Positions 36,414-46,366 of a stretch of DNA of 64,000 nucleotides are shown in pieces; the first letter of the stretch is position 1, and every line of letters begins with the position of its first letter. Below the pieces are notes generated by a model. It did not search any database. It had not been told where the DNA came from and saw only the letters and a program-made list of their open reading frames with translations. The translations under genes were made by a program, and so were the position numbers. Where the stretch lies: positions 24,782 to 88,781 of IMG/VR virus record IMGVR_UViG_2843857367_000001, one strand, 5' to 3'. The DNA is from a virus (taxonomy: Duplodnaviria; Caudoviricetes).

Positions 36414-36452
36414 GAGACCCCGGAGCATCGCGCGGCCGGGGTCTTTTCGTTT
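36414..36452 (+). terminator. Intrinsic terminator (tR'-like)
   Basis: AGACCCCGG/CCGGGGTCT stem followed by T-rich tail. Confidence 0.75.
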
Positions 36453-36562
36453 CGGGCTCCCTTAAGGGCGAGAGGACGGCAGGCTTAGGGTTGGGAGTTC
36501 CCAGGACGGTTGACGAACCGGACGACTCTGTTGAACGCTGCTACCTCAAATAGTGAGGCGCA

Positions 36563-36829
36563 ATGTTCGAGATCGGCAAATCATACACCTTCCGCTTCAA
36601 CGAAGACGGAGGCTGGACGCTATCGACCCTTAAGGTTGTTGGCGTAGATGGAGGGCTGCTCAAGCTGCGGCGCCACGGCCAAGCAGAGTTCATTCTCAAC
36701 ACCGCCTCAACCAGCTTTCACACGGCTGATCCCGTTGATCATGACGCCGATGAAGCTCCTTCCCCCATCCGCGTCGTTTTGACCGGCCAGGATGGCGAGA
36801 AGAGTGAATTGTTGATCGGCGGAAACTAG
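36563..36829 (+). CDS. Small beta-rich hypothetical protein (moron)
   Basis: GAGG RBS; lower GC. Confidence 0.65.
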   Translation: MFEIGKSYTFRFNEDGGWTLSTLKVVGVDGGLLKLRRHGQAEFILNTASTSFHTADPVDHDADEAPSPIRVVLTGQDGEKSELLIGGN

Positions 36830-36923
36830 GCGCCTGCCCCGAGATATCCCGGCGAGCAAGGTCAGCGTCAGGCGCTCCGCTCGGACCGCCTGACGCTCTT
36901 CGAGTTATTTTTTACGCACCGGA

Positions 36924-37559
36924 ATGGACGACGGTCGAGGCGATTGGCTGGGACGGTTGTTCCCGAACTGGCCAGGGTCGCTTCGCCGAGTTGGGGGCGG
37001 CGGTGGCGGTGGTGGCGACAGGGGGTTCTTAGCCATGAACGTTCCTGAAACAGAAGCTGCTATTGCGGCAGAGGTGGTTTACGAAGCGAACGGCGTTGTC
37101 TCAGACTTCATCGTCGCGCAAGCACAGGAGCGCCTTAGAGCGCTTCAAGTGGCAGCCCACGCGCTTGACCAGCGCGTGACACAGGTGGCGGCATTCCAGT
37201 TCGCCGCTGCCGCATTCGCCGCGGGGGCCGCGGCGTCAGATGCACTGCGGTTCTTCGCTAGTCTGAGTGCGATCGCTTTCGTCGTCGGCGGGGTAGTCGC
37301 TTTCCGAGGCATCCGATCTGACCCGATCCATCTGCCGGGCATTGCCTCGGCTTGGTGGAAGGGATCTCTCGCCGTCGATTCTTTCAAGATTGATACAGCA
37401 CGCGCTTGGGCTGCTGGCGTTCTTCAGAACGCTATCGAACAGGTGGATAACGAGAACTGCGAGCGCGCTCGGCATCTGAACTTGAGCCTGAACTATGCCG
37501 TCGGCGGGGCTGTGCTGGTCGCCATCGGCTTCGCACTGAGGCTCTTCGGGTTGTCATAG
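36924..37559 (+). CDS. Three-TM membrane protein (moron); alternative start 37035
   Basis: Two adjacent TM segments plus a C-terminal TM. Confidence 0.65.
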   Translation: MDDGRGDWLGRLFPNWPGSLRRVGGGGGGGGDRGFLAMNVPETEAAIAAEVVYEANGVVSDFIVAQAQERLRALQVAAHALDQRVTQVAAFQFAAAAFAAGAAASDALRFFASLSAIAFVVGGVVAFRGIRSDPIHLPGIASAWWKGSLAVDSFKIDTARAWAAGVLQNAIEQVDNENCERARHLNLSLNYAVGGAVLVAIGFALRLFGLS

Positions 37560-37566
37560 GTCGCCG

Positions 37567-37887
37567 ATGGCCCGTCGTCCTGACCACATCGCCTCCCAAG
37601 GCACCCAGCGCCTAAGGGGCCGCAGAGGCGTAGAGCAACGCAAGCGCCGCCTCGCCGCCGAGCCCCTGTGCAGGGACTGCATGGCCAAGGGGATCATCAC
37701 CGCCTCGACGGTGCCCGACCACATCATCCCCCTGAGCCAGAACGGCCCAGACACTGACGACAACATCCGCTGCCTCTGCGCGGACTGCCACACCATCAGG
37801 ACAAGAGAGCAGTTCGGCCACGCCCAGGTCAGCCCGGTCGGCGTCGACGGCCGCCCCCTCGATCCGAAGCACCCTTGGAACCGTTAA
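37567..37887 (+). CDS. Packaging-associated HNH endonuclease (HK97 gp74-like)
   Basis: EPLCRDC, DHIIP, NIRCLCADCH, GVDGRPLDPKHPW. Confidence 0.88.
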   Translation: MARRPDHIASQGTQRLRGRRGVEQRKRRLAAEPLCRDCMAKGIITASTVPDHIIPLSQNGPDTDDNIRCLCADCHTIRTREQFGHAQVSPVGVDGRPLDPKHPWNR

Positions 37888-38504
37888 TCCTCCGTATCTT
37901 CTCTAAACTCGGCTACCTCGCCAGGCAGCTCAAAGACGTATTTCAAGAACATCTCGGTGAACAACCGAAGAGGCTTGGCGTCGTCCTCAGTAAAGTCGTC
38001 AGGATCGTGTAGGGCCTCGTTGCCTTCAATCCGCACCCTATCAGCCCACGACCACATGTCGGGCGTGATGTGGTGGTTATTGTGCAGCCACTCTAAGCGC
38101 TTGAAGAAAGTTCCCTTGGGGATGCCCTCAAACGTCTTGGTGGCGATATCGAGCGCAGATCTGTACATCGCGACAGCGGCGTTCCAGCTGCGCCGTTGGT
38201 ACGCATCTTCGCCTTCGAGGAATCTCTTCGCGACCGAAGCTGGCGTATGCAGCGGTGCCATCGGCTCGATGCGCTCTGGCCAGAAAGCAGTAACGTTGAA
38301 CTCCGGCTCTATAACACCGTTGAACTCTCTTGGTTTTGAGCCGCGCCCCACATTGTCGTAGCATTCTAGCGTCACTGGAAGCCTGCACGCGCCGCAGGTG
38401 GCCGCGGCCACCCACGTTCGCGAGCCACGAGTATCATTCCATACGATTGAAAAGGTTGAGTGGTCCGCAGGGCAGTGCGGACAGCTTCTGACAAGGACGC
38501 CCAT
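37884..38504 (-). CDS. Zinc-ribbon plus DUF4145 (HEPN-like) protein
   Basis: CPHC/CGAC, AAVAMYRSALD, RIEGNEALH (Rx4-6H-like). Confidence 0.8.
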   Translation of the reverse strand: MGVLVRSCPHCPADHSTFSIVWNDTRGSRTWVAAATCGACRLPVTLECYDNVGRGSKPREFNGVIEPEFNVTAFWPERIEPMAPLHTPASVAKRFLEGEDAYQRRSWNAAVAMYRSALDIATKTFEGIPKGTFFKRLEWLHNNHHITPDMWSWADRVRIEGNEALHDPDDFTEDDAKPLRLFTEMFLKYVFELPGEVAEFREDTED

Positions 38505-38699
38505 TATGAACTCCAATATCTTGCCTGCCGCCAAGGCAGAGCGGGCTATGCGTGGCATTGAGGCGACGACGCCGGGCGAGACGACGGCCAGAATCGTTCA
38601 GGCATTCAACCGCATGAATGGCCAAGGTGAGCAGAGAGCGTTTGTCGCTGCAATAGCTTCGCGGCTCGCAATGAGGATCTGCGAGCTAACCTGACCCAT

Positions 38700-38775
38700 T
38701 GGGGGGGGCGGGGCAAAGTCTGGAGCCTTGGCCTCGGACACCGGCGGCCAAGGTGCATTCGCACTGAAAGCAGTT
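38700..38775 (+). other. Putative cos region of prophage 2
   Basis: G-run GGGGGGGGCGGGGCAAAGTCTGG directly upstream of terS. Confidence 0.4.
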
Positions 38776-39054
38776 TCGAACTAAAAAGTTGGGAGCACCC
38801 CCGTAGGGGGTGATGCTGCATGAACGTAGTGCCGGGGACGGGCGACATCGTGCCGGAGCCGCACTGGCGCATGCTCCTGACGGACGATCTGGAGATCGCA
38901 GCAGCGGCCGAGCACTGGCGCCGCATCTCATCGGAGATGAAGGAGCGGGACATCCTGTCCCCCTCGAACGGTCATGCCGTTCAACGCCTCTGACGTGACC
39001 CCCTGAAACTCCTCCAAGAATAGCTAGAGTCCGCCCTAACGAAGGACGGACAGA

Positions 39055-39321
39055 ATGAAGCGATCAAGGTTCACGGAAGAGCAGATCATCGGGATTCTGC
39101 GGGAGCAGGAGGCCGGCATGACGACGGCGGAGGTGTGTCGGCGTCACGGGGTCAGCTCGGCGACCTTTTACAAATGGAAGGCCAAGTTCGGCGGGCTCGA
39201 CGTGTCGGAGGCTCGGCGGCTGAAGACGCTTGAAGACGAGAACGCCCGGCTCAAGCGAATGTTGGCGGACGCGATGCTGGACAACGTGGCCCTGAAGGAC
39301 CTGCTGGGAAAAAAGTGGTGA
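39055..39321 (+). CDS. IS3 transposase OrfA
   Basis: [12 protein letters not shown]...; A AAA AAG slip site at 39309-39315. Confidence 0.95.
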   Translation: MKRSRFTEEQIIGILREQEAGMTTAEVCRRHGVSSATFYKWKAKFGGLDVSEARRLKTLEDENARLKRMLADAMLDNVALKDLLGKKW

Positions 39322-40244
39322 CGCCCGCCGGCTGGCGCGAGGCGGCTGGTCATCTGCAAGCCGCCTACGAGATGAGCGAAAGGCGGGCGTGCCGTGTTCT
39401 AGGCGTCGATCGGACGAGCGTACGCTATCAGGCGACGCGCCCGGACGACGGCGCCCTGCGCGACCGGCTGAGGGCCCTCGCCCAGGAGCGTCGCCGGTTC
39501 GGCTACCGCCGCCTGCACGTCCTACTGCGGCGCGAGGGCCATGCGGTCAACAAGAAGCGGGTTCAGAGGATCTATCGTGAGGAACGGCTGACGGTGCGCC
39601 GGCGCGGCGGGCGGAAGCGAGCAATGGGCACGCGGCGACCGCTGGACCTGCCGCTGGTGGCCAACCAGCGCTGGTCGCTGGACTTCGTCTCTGACCAGAT
39701 GACGGACGGGCGGCGCTTCCGCATCCTGACGGTGATCGACAACTGCACCCGCGAGTGCCTGGCGTTGGTGGCCGACACCTCGCTGTCGGGCGCTCGGGTG
39801 GTGCGAGAGTTGGACGCCGTCATCCGGCAGCGGGGCCGACCCGACACCATCGTCAGCGACAACGGCACGGAATACACCTCGAACGCCGTCCTGGCGTGGG
39901 CCGACGACACCGGCGTCGGCTGGCATTACATCGCGCCAGGCAAGCCACAGCAGAACGGCTTCAATGAGAGCTTCAACGGGCGCCTGCGTGACGAATTGCT
40001 GAACGAGACGCTGTTCCGCTCCCTGCCGCATGCCCGCTCGGTGCTGGAGGCCTGGCGGCGTGACTACAATGAGCGGCGACCGCACTCGAAGCTCGGCTGG
40101 CTGACGCCGCAGGCCTACGCGCAAGCCCTTGCTGGAAACGCCGGGCGGCCTGCTGCGCTGGTTGACGGCTGCGCAGGCCGCCCTATTGCCAACCCAACCA
40201 ATCTCTACCCAGATCAACCTCGGACTCTCGTTATGGCTGGATGA
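39315..40244 (+). CDS. IS3 transposase OrfB (DDE), via -1 frameshift
   Basis: [26 protein letters not shown]. Confidence 0.95.
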   Translation: MVTPAGWREAAGHLQAAYEMSERRACRVLGVDRTSVRYQATRPDDGALRDRLRALAQERRRFGYRRLHVLLRREGHAVNKKRVQRIYREERLTVRRRGGRKRAMGTRRPLDLPLVANQRWSLDFVSDQMTDGRRFRILTVIDNCTRECLALVADTSLSGARVVRELDAVIRQRGRPDTIVSDNGTEYTSNAVLAWADDTGVGWHYIAPGKPQQNGFNESFNGRLRDELLNETLFRSLPHARSVLEAWRRDYNERRPHSKLGWLTPQAYAQALAGNAGRPAALVDGCAGRPIANPTNLYPDQPRTLVMAG

Positions 40245-40501
40245 GAAACGGGGGTCACGTCACCTCGTGCTGTCCTACGTGATCTACGACCGCTGCTCGC
40301 GGGAGGTCGCTGAGAACGGCGCGGTGCTGAAGCCGAAACGTGGCAATCCGAAAGCCATCGCCCGCCTCAGCCCGCACTTCCAGGCGATGCGGGAGGCGGC
40401 GTCGGATGCGGCAGCGTTGGAGGCTGAACTTGGCCTGTCGCCGCGCCGTCGATCGGCAGCTGCGAAGGTCGTGAAGAAGGCGCGCGCTGCGCGAGCGTCT
40501 G

Positions 40502-42316
40502 ATGCGTATCTCCGGCCCGTCGCCAAGTGACCCCACGTCCCGCTGGGCCTCGGATGTCCTGGCCGGGCGGATCATCGCTGGCGAGTTGGTCGGTCTGGCT
40601 GCGGAGCGCCATCTCAAAGACCTGAAGGACGGCGCGGCGCGAGGGCTTTACTTCGACGAGGCATCCGCCCAGCGGGTCATCAACTATTTTCCTTCCTGCT
40701 TGTCGATCACGGCCGGCGCTCATGAAGGCAAGCCGTTCAATCTGCTGCCGTGGCACGTGTTCACGGTCGGCTCGCTGTTTGGGTGGAAGAAGGAGAGCGG
40801 GCGGCTCCGTTTCCGCCAAGGCTGGCTAGAGACTGGCAAGGGTCAGGCCAAGTCGCCACTGATGGCGGGCATCGGCCTGTACATGGCCGGCTGGCACGGC
40901 GTGAAGCGCTCCGAGGTCTACGCCATCGGCCAGGACCGGGCGACGGCGAACGTGCTCTTTAAGGACGCGGTCGCCATGTGCCGCGCGAACCTTCCCGAGA
41001 CGCCGGAGGACGAGACCGACAGCCTCGTCACGCGCGGCGAGGTGATCATCCGCGGCGAAGGCGACAACGCCTGGAAGATCGAGCACGCGGAGAGCGGGTC
41101 GAAGTTTCAGGCGCTGGCCAACGGCGACGCCATCTCGGGGCCCCGGCCGACGCTGGTGACGGCCGACGAGATTCACGAGTTCAAGACAGGGGTTCCAATC
41201 GAGACCTGGCGTCGGGCCATCGCAAAGATGCCGGGCGACGCCATGATGCTGCTGGGGACCAACACCCCGGCCACCACCCAGATCGTCGGCACATCGTACA
41301 GCGACTTCTTCCAGAAGGTGCTGAAAGGCGAGGTGCGGGACGACGAGGCGTTCGCCTTCATCGCCAGGGTAGATCAGGCCGACAGGGAGAACATTTTCGA
41401 CAACCCGGCCGCCTGGGTGAAGGCGCTGCCGGCGCTGGGCGTCACCTTTCCGATGGAGAACATCGAGGGCGAGGTGAACACGGCGCGGGTGCTGCTCTCA
41501 ACCGCCATGTCGGTGAAGCGCCTGTACTTTGGCATCCCGACCGGCGCCGTCGACTTCTGGATCGATGAGAGCGCCTGGGCTGCGGTTCAGGGTGTTGTCG
41601 ATCCAGCCGAGTTCAAGGGCTGCCCCTGTTGGGCATCGCTGGACCTGTCGCAGAAGAACGACCTGACCGCCCTGACGGTGGTCTGGCTGAAGGATGGAAA
41701 GCTCTACGCCAAGACGTGGTACTGGACCACGAAGGCTGGCCTTGAGGATCGGGCCAAGAAGGACGGCGCGCCGTACGAGGAGTGGGTCGAGGCCGGTCAT
41801 CTGACGGCCGTCCCTGGCGCGGTCATCGACAAGACATTCGTCGCCCAGCAGTTGGCCGAGATCGCCGCCGAGCATGATCTGCAGTTCCTGGCCTTCGACC
41901 CGGCGGGCATCGCGGACTTCATCGCCGCCTGCGACGAGATCGGCTTTCCGGTCTGGCGTTGGCAGGGGCCAGACAAGCCGGAAGGAACCGGCCTGAAACT
42001 GATCGCTCACGCGCAGGGGACGCGCGTCGTGTTCGAAGACCGGCAGCTCTGCATGCCTCGGTCGGTCGAGCGGCTTGAGGACTCCATCCTCGACAAGACG
42101 ATCACCGTCGACAGTTCGCCGTTGACCTACATGTGCGCGGGCAACGCCCAGTTGATCAGCGACGGACAGAAGAACCGGGCCTTCGACAAGAAGGCGTCGC
42201 GGGGCCGGATCGACGGCCTCGTCACCCTGGCGATGGCGACCGGCGCCGCGCTCTATGCCGAGAAGAAGGAGGCGGGATGGAACGACTACCTCGCCAGCCT
42301 GGGGGTGCCGGCTTGA
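40502..42316 (+). CDS. Terminase large subunit
   Basis: GKGQAKS, ADEIHE, LDLSQKNDLTA, RIDGLV. Confidence 0.93.
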   Translation: MRISGPSPSDPTSRWASDVLAGRIIAGELVGLAAERHLKDLKDGAARGLYFDEASAQRVINYFPSCLSITAGAHEGKPFNLLPWHVFTVGSLFGWKKESGRLRFRQGWLETGKGQAKSPLMAGIGLYMAGWHGVKRSEVYAIGQDRATANVLFKDAVAMCRANLPETPEDETDSLVTRGEVIIRGEGDNAWKIEHAESGSKFQALANGDAISGPRPTLVTADEIHEFKTGVPIETWRRAIAKMPGDAMMLLGTNTPATTQIVGTSYSDFFQKVLKGEVRDDEAFAFIARVDQADRENIFDNPAAWVKALPALGVTFPMENIEGEVNTARVLLSTAMSVKRLYFGIPTGAVDFWIDESAWAAVQGVVDPAEFKGCPCWASLDLSQKNDLTALTVVWLKDGKLYAKTWYWTTKAGLEDRAKKDGAPYEEWVEAGHLTAVPGAVIDKTFVAQQLAEIAAEHDLQFLAFDPAGIADFIAACDEIGFPVWRWQGPDKPEGTGLKLIAHAQGTRVVFEDRQLCMPRSVERLEDSILDKTITVDSSPLTYMCAGNAQLISDGQKNRAFDKKASRGRIDGLVTLAMATGAALYAEKKEAGWNDYLASLGVPA

Positions 42317-43548
42317 TGCTACGGGCGCTCTGGCCGTTCGGCGCCAAGGGCGACACCCGTGAACGGCTGTCCCTGACCGAGCAGCGCAGCCGAGTCGGAG
42401 ACATAGACGCGGGCGTGCCTGTCAACGAAACGACGGTGCTGAACCTTTCGGCGGCGTGGGCCTGCGTGAACCTTCTGGCCGGGACCATCGCGTCGTTGCC
42501 GCTGATGGTCTATCGCACCGACGCCAAGGGCGACCGGACCGTGGCCAAGGACCATCCGCTCTATCGGGTTCTGCACGACAGTCCGAACCTGGACCAGACT
42601 GCGATGGACTTCTTCGAAGGCGGCGTCGCTGCCCTCGAGCTGCGCGGCAACATGCACGCGCGGATCGGCAGGCTGGGCGACCGGATCGTCAGCCTGTCAC
42701 CCATCGTCAGGCCATCGGTTCGCCGCACGTCAGGGGGCACCCTGCGCTACACCTGGAGCGAGGACGGCAAGCATTACGACGAACCGGCCGAGAACATCCT
42801 GCACGTCCGTGGTTTCGGTGGATCGCCGCTCGGCGGCCTATCGACCATCGCCTTCGGACGGCAGGTCTTCGGCGTCTCATCCGCCGCGCACCTGAGCGCG
42901 GCCCGCACCTTCAGAAACGGCGCACGCCCGGGCATCATCCTGTCCTTCAAGGACTGGCTGAAGAAGGAGCAGCGCGACCCGCTTGAGAAGGCGCTGGAGG
43001 AAAAGTTCACCGGCGCTGTCAATGCCGGGCGCCCCTTTGTCGCCGAGGGCGGATCAACCGTTCAGACGCTAGGCTTCTCGCCGGAAGACACCCAGCTCTT
43101 GGCATCGCGCGGCTTCGGTGTTGAGGAGGTCTGTCGGTTCTTTGGCGTGCCGCCGCACATGGTCGGACACACCGAGAAATCGACCAGCTGGGGCACCGGC
43201 CTGAAGGACCAGACCGAAGGCTTCGTAAAGTTCGCCCTGCGCAAGCGCCTGAAGCGCATCGAGCAGGCCATCATGAAGCAGTTGCTGACCCCGGCGGACC
43301 GCGCGGCCGGCATCGTCGTCGAGTTCAATCTCGAGGGCCTGCTGCGCGGAGACAGCGAGGGGCGAGCAGCCTTCTACGAGTCCGGTCTGCGCAACGGCTG
43401 GACAACCATCAACGAAGTGCGCCGCCGTGAGGGACTGCCCCCGGTGGAAGGCGGCGACGTCCCTCGCATGCAGATGCAGAACGTCCCCATCACCATGCAG
43501 ATGCCAGGCAAGCCGATTGGCGAGATGCCGGCGCTGTCGGCCGACTAG
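42316..43548 (+). CDS. HK97-family portal protein
   Basis: LSAAWACVNLLAGTIASLPL, EVCRFFGVPPHMVG, TINEVR. Confidence 0.95.
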   Translation: MLRALWPFGAKGDTRERLSLTEQRSRVGDIDAGVPVNETTVLNLSAAWACVNLLAGTIASLPLMVYRTDAKGDRTVAKDHPLYRVLHDSPNLDQTAMDFFEGGVAALELRGNMHARIGRLGDRIVSLSPIVRPSVRRTSGGTLRYTWSEDGKHYDEPAENILHVRGFGGSPLGGLSTIAFGRQVFGVSSAAHLSAARTFRNGARPGIILSFKDWLKKEQRDPLEKALEEKFTGAVNAGRPFVAEGGSTVQTLGFSPEDTQLLASRGFGVEEVCRFFGVPPHMVGHTEKSTSWGTGLKDQTEGFVKFALRKRLKRIEQAIMKQLLTPADRAAGIVVEFNLEGLLRGDSEGRAAFYESGLRNGWTTINEVRRREGLPPVEGGDVPRMQMQNVPITMQMPGKPIGEMPALSAD

Positions 43549-43561
43549 GAGGCCTCCCCAG

Positions 43562-44251
43562 ATGCAGACCAAGGACTTCGACCTCGACCTCAAGGAGGTC
43601 GGGGATGACGGCACGTTCGCGGGCTATGGCTCGATTTTCGGCAACGCTGACAGCTACGGCGAGATCGTCGAGCCGGGTGCTTTCGCCGCCAGCCTGCGCG
43701 CGCACGCCAAGGCCAAGACCATGCCGATGATGCTGTGGCAGCACGACACCTGGCAGCCCATCGGCGTCTGGACGCTTATGGAAGAAGACCAGCGTGGCCT
43801 TCGTTGCGAGGGCCGCCTCCTCCTAGGCGTCAAACAGGCCGACGAGGCGCACATCATGCTGAAGGCAGGCGCCATCCGTGGCCTGTCGATCGGCTACCGC
43901 GAACTGGCCGCCGAGCCTGACGGCAATAACCGGCGCCTGAAGAAGCTGGACCTGCGCGAAGTCAGCATCGTGTCGTTTCCGGCGAACGACAAGGCGACCG
44001 TGACGTCCGTGAAGACGGAACGCGCCGCCGAGTTCGTGCGCCGCCTGCGCGAGGGCGAGCCGCCCAGCACCAAAGAATTCGAGGACATCCTGGGTGATCT
44101 AGGGGTCCCGAAAGCCCTGCGGGCAGGCATCGCCTCCCATGGGTACGCCAAGGCCATCCGGAGCGAGTCCGGGGGCATCGATCCAGCCGTCAAATCAGCC
44201 ATGACCGACCTGCGGGCGGCGCTGGACGGCTTCCTCAATCCCCGGACCTGA
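43562..44251 (+). CDS. HK97 prohead protease
   Basis: FAGYGSIF, MLWQHD, GLSIGY, EVSIVSFPAN. Confidence 0.93.
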   Translation: MQTKDFDLDLKEVGDDGTFAGYGSIFGNADSYGEIVEPGAFAASLRAHAKAKTMPMMLWQHDTWQPIGVWTLMEEDQRGLRCEGRLLLGVKQADEAHIMLKAGAIRGLSIGYRELAAEPDGNNRRLKKLDLREVSIVSFPANDKATVTSVKTERAAEFVRRLREGEPPSTKEFEDILGDLGVPKALRAGIASHGYAKAIRSESGGIDPAVKSAMTDLRAALDGFLNPRT

Positions 44252-44262
44252 TGGAGACCCCA

Positions 44263-45483
44263 ATGTCCGAAGCTCAAGAAATGGAAACCCTCGTCAAGGA
44301 CCTGAAGCAGGCCGCTGACGATGTGAAGAAGGTCGCGGAGACCACCCAGACCGAGGTCAAGAACCTGGGCAAGGTGACCGAAGAGACCAAGCAGAAGGCC
44401 GACGATGCGCTGGTCAAGCACAACGAGATCAGCGAGCGCCTGTCGGTCATCGAACAGAAGATGACCCAGCCCGAAGGCCGCGACGACGAACGCCATAAGT
44501 CGGCCGGCCAGATGGTCGCCGAGAGCGACGAGCTGAAGAGCTTCATCGCCGGCGGCGGCAAGGGACGGATCAGCATCGCGGTCAAGGCGATCATCTCGTC
44601 CCTGACGACCGACGCCAACGGTTCGGCGGGCGACCTGATCGTGCCGCAGCGCGTGGACGGCATCATCACGCCCGCCCAGCGCCGCATGACCATCCGCGAC
44701 CTGCTGACGCCGGGGAACACCGCCTCGAACGCCATCCAGTACGTCAAGGAAACCGGGTTCACGAACAGCGCGGCGACCGTGTCGGAAACCTCGGGAGCCA
44801 CCAAGCCGCAGTCGGAGATCAAGTTCGACATCGTCACCACGCCCGTCACCACCATCGCTCACTGGGTGCTGGCGACGAAGCAGATCCTGGACGACGTGCC
44901 GCAACTTCGCTCCTACATTGACGGGCGCCTGCGCTACGGCCTGGAGTACGTCGAAGAGGGCCAGATGCTGAACGGCGGCGGCACCGGCACCGACCTGAAC
45001 GGCATCTACACGCAGGCCACGCCGTACTCGGCTCCGACCACCCTGCCGGCGCCCGTGACCAGCATCGACGTTCTGCGCCTGGCGATGCTGCAGGCTTTCC
45101 TGGCCGAGTTGCCCCCGACCGGTCACGTCCTGCACCCGACCAACTGGGCCGAGATCGAGCTGGTCAAGGACACGACCGGCCGGCACATCATCGGCAACCC
45201 GGTCAACGGAGGCCCGTCCACCCTGTGGCGCCTGCCGGTGGTCGAGACCCCTGCCATGACCGTCGGCAAGTTCCTGACGGGCGCCTTCAAGCTGGGCGCG
45301 CAGATCTTCGACCGGGAAGAAGCCAACGTCGAGATCTCGACCGAGGACAGCGACAACTTCCGCAAGAACCTGGTCACGATCCGCGCCGAGGAACGTCTGG
45401 CCCTGGCCGTCTACCGCCCGGAAGCCTTCATCAAGGGCGACCTAGCTGCGGCCATCACCGCTTCGACCGCCACCGGCGGATGA
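44263..45483 (+). CDS. HK97-family major capsid protein
   Basis: Coiled-coil delta domain, TIRDLL, FRKNLVTIRAEERLAL. Confidence 0.95.
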   Translation: MSEAQEMETLVKDLKQAADDVKKVAETTQTEVKNLGKVTEETKQKADDALVKHNEISERLSVIEQKMTQPEGRDDERHKSAGQMVAESDELKSFIAGGGKGRISIAVKAIISSLTTDANGSAGDLIVPQRVDGIITPAQRRMTIRDLLTPGNTASNAIQYVKETGFTNSAATVSETSGATKPQSEIKFDIVTTPVTTIAHWVLATKQILDDVPQLRSYIDGRLRYGLEYVEEGQMLNGGGTGTDLNGIYTQATPYSAPTTLPAPVTSIDVLRLAMLQAFLAELPPTGHVLHPTNWAEIELVKDTTGRHIIGNPVNGGPSTLWRLPVVETPAMTVGKFLTGAFKLGAQIFDREEANVEISTEDSDNFRKNLVTIRAEERLALAVYRPEAFIKGDLAAAITASTATGG

Positions 45484-45491
45484 TGCTGAGC

Positions 45492-45518
45492 GCCCCGGCT
45501 TCGGCCGGGGCCTCTTTT
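45492..45518 (+). terminator. Intrinsic terminator after capsid gene
   Basis: GCCCCGGC-TTCG-GCCGGGGC followed by CTCTTTT. Confidence 0.75.
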
Positions 45519-45561
45519 CCCGAGCGGCCGATCAGCGGCCGTTCCGGCAAGGAGAACACCG

Positions 45562-45798
45562 ATGAAACTCTATGCTCTCGATACCGTGCAGATCACGTCC
45601 GTGAAATCGCCCGACCCTTTGCTGGCCGGCGAGGCGTTCGAAATCGACGACGAGGCCGTCGCCAAGCAGTTGATCGACCGTGGGCTGGCCAGTGAGAAGG
45701 CGCCCGGCGAGAAGGCCGCGCCGCCGCCGAAAAACAAAGCTGAACCCGCGCCCTCCAACAAGGCCGAATCGAAGCCCCAGAACAAGGCGGACGCCTGA
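45562..45798 (+). CDS. Small head-associated protein
   Basis: AGGAG RBS; AKQLIDRGLA motif. Confidence 0.65.
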   Translation: MKLYALDTVQITSVKSPDPLLAGEAFEIDDEAVAKQLIDRGLASEKAPGEKAAPPPKNKAEPAPSNKAESKPQNKADA

Positions 45799-46109
45799 TG
45801 CTGGACGTCGTCGTCCTCACGGTTGGCCCGCTCTTCGACCTGGCCGAGGCCAAGCAGCACCTGCGCGTCGACCATGATGACGACGACACCCTGATCGAGG
45901 GCTACGCCGATGCGGCCGTGTTGTCCTGCCTGGACTTCTGCGACCGCAAGCTGGTTCCGCAGGGCGCCGAGCCTGCGTTCAAGGCGGCAGCACTGCTGAC
46001 GCTGGGCGGGCTCTACAACTCGCGGGAATCGGTCATCGCTGGCGCCACCGTGGCCCTGAACCCCACGGTCGAGGCCTTGCTGCGGCCCTACCGCATCATC
46101 CGCGTCTAA
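45798..46109 (+). CDS. Head-tail connector (HK97 gp6-like)
   Basis: EAKQHLRVDHDDDD, LLRPYR. Confidence 0.9.
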   Translation: MLDVVVLTVGPLFDLAEAKQHLRVDHDDDDTLIEGYADAAVLSCLDFCDRKLVPQGAEPAFKAAALLTLGGLYNSRESVIAGATVALNPTVEALLRPYRIIRV

Positions 46110-46120
46110 GGAGACCCGCC

Positions 46121-46366
46121 ATGCGCGTTCGCTTCACTGAGCCCTACGATTACACGCCGAGCGAAGAGCCCCGCGTGCTGATCGCTTTCTCTCCGACTGG
46201 CGGGGCCGAAAAGGACGGTGCCTACACCGTCCGCCGGGAATGCGGCGAAGCTGCCGTGAAGGTGGGCAAGGCGGTCGAGATCGCTCCGGACCCGCTCGAC
46301 CACGACGGCGACGGCCGCAAGGGCGGGTCGCTGCCGAAGGTGAAGAAGACCGATGCCGAAGCCTAA
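46121..46366 (+). CDS. Hypothetical protein
   Basis: AAGGAG RBS; DHDGDGRKGG motif. Confidence 0.65.
   Translation: MRVRFTEPYDYTPSEEPRVLIAFSPTGGAEKDGAYTVRRECGEAAVKVGKAVEIAPDPLDHDGDGRKGGSLPKVKKTDAEA

Larger units (their letters stand above)
38991..40262 (+). mobile_element. IS3-family insertion sequence (IS407-group-like), 1272 bp
   Basis: Terminal IR TGACGTGACCCCC, 4-bp CCTC duplication, orfA/orfB. Confidence 0.95.
38820..40530 (+). pseudogene. P27-family terminase small subunit interrupted by IS
   Basis: 38820-38990 (MNVVPG...AVQRL) joins in frame to 40267-40530 (VLSYV...ELGLSPRRR) when the IS and one target duplication are removed. Confidence 0.9.
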
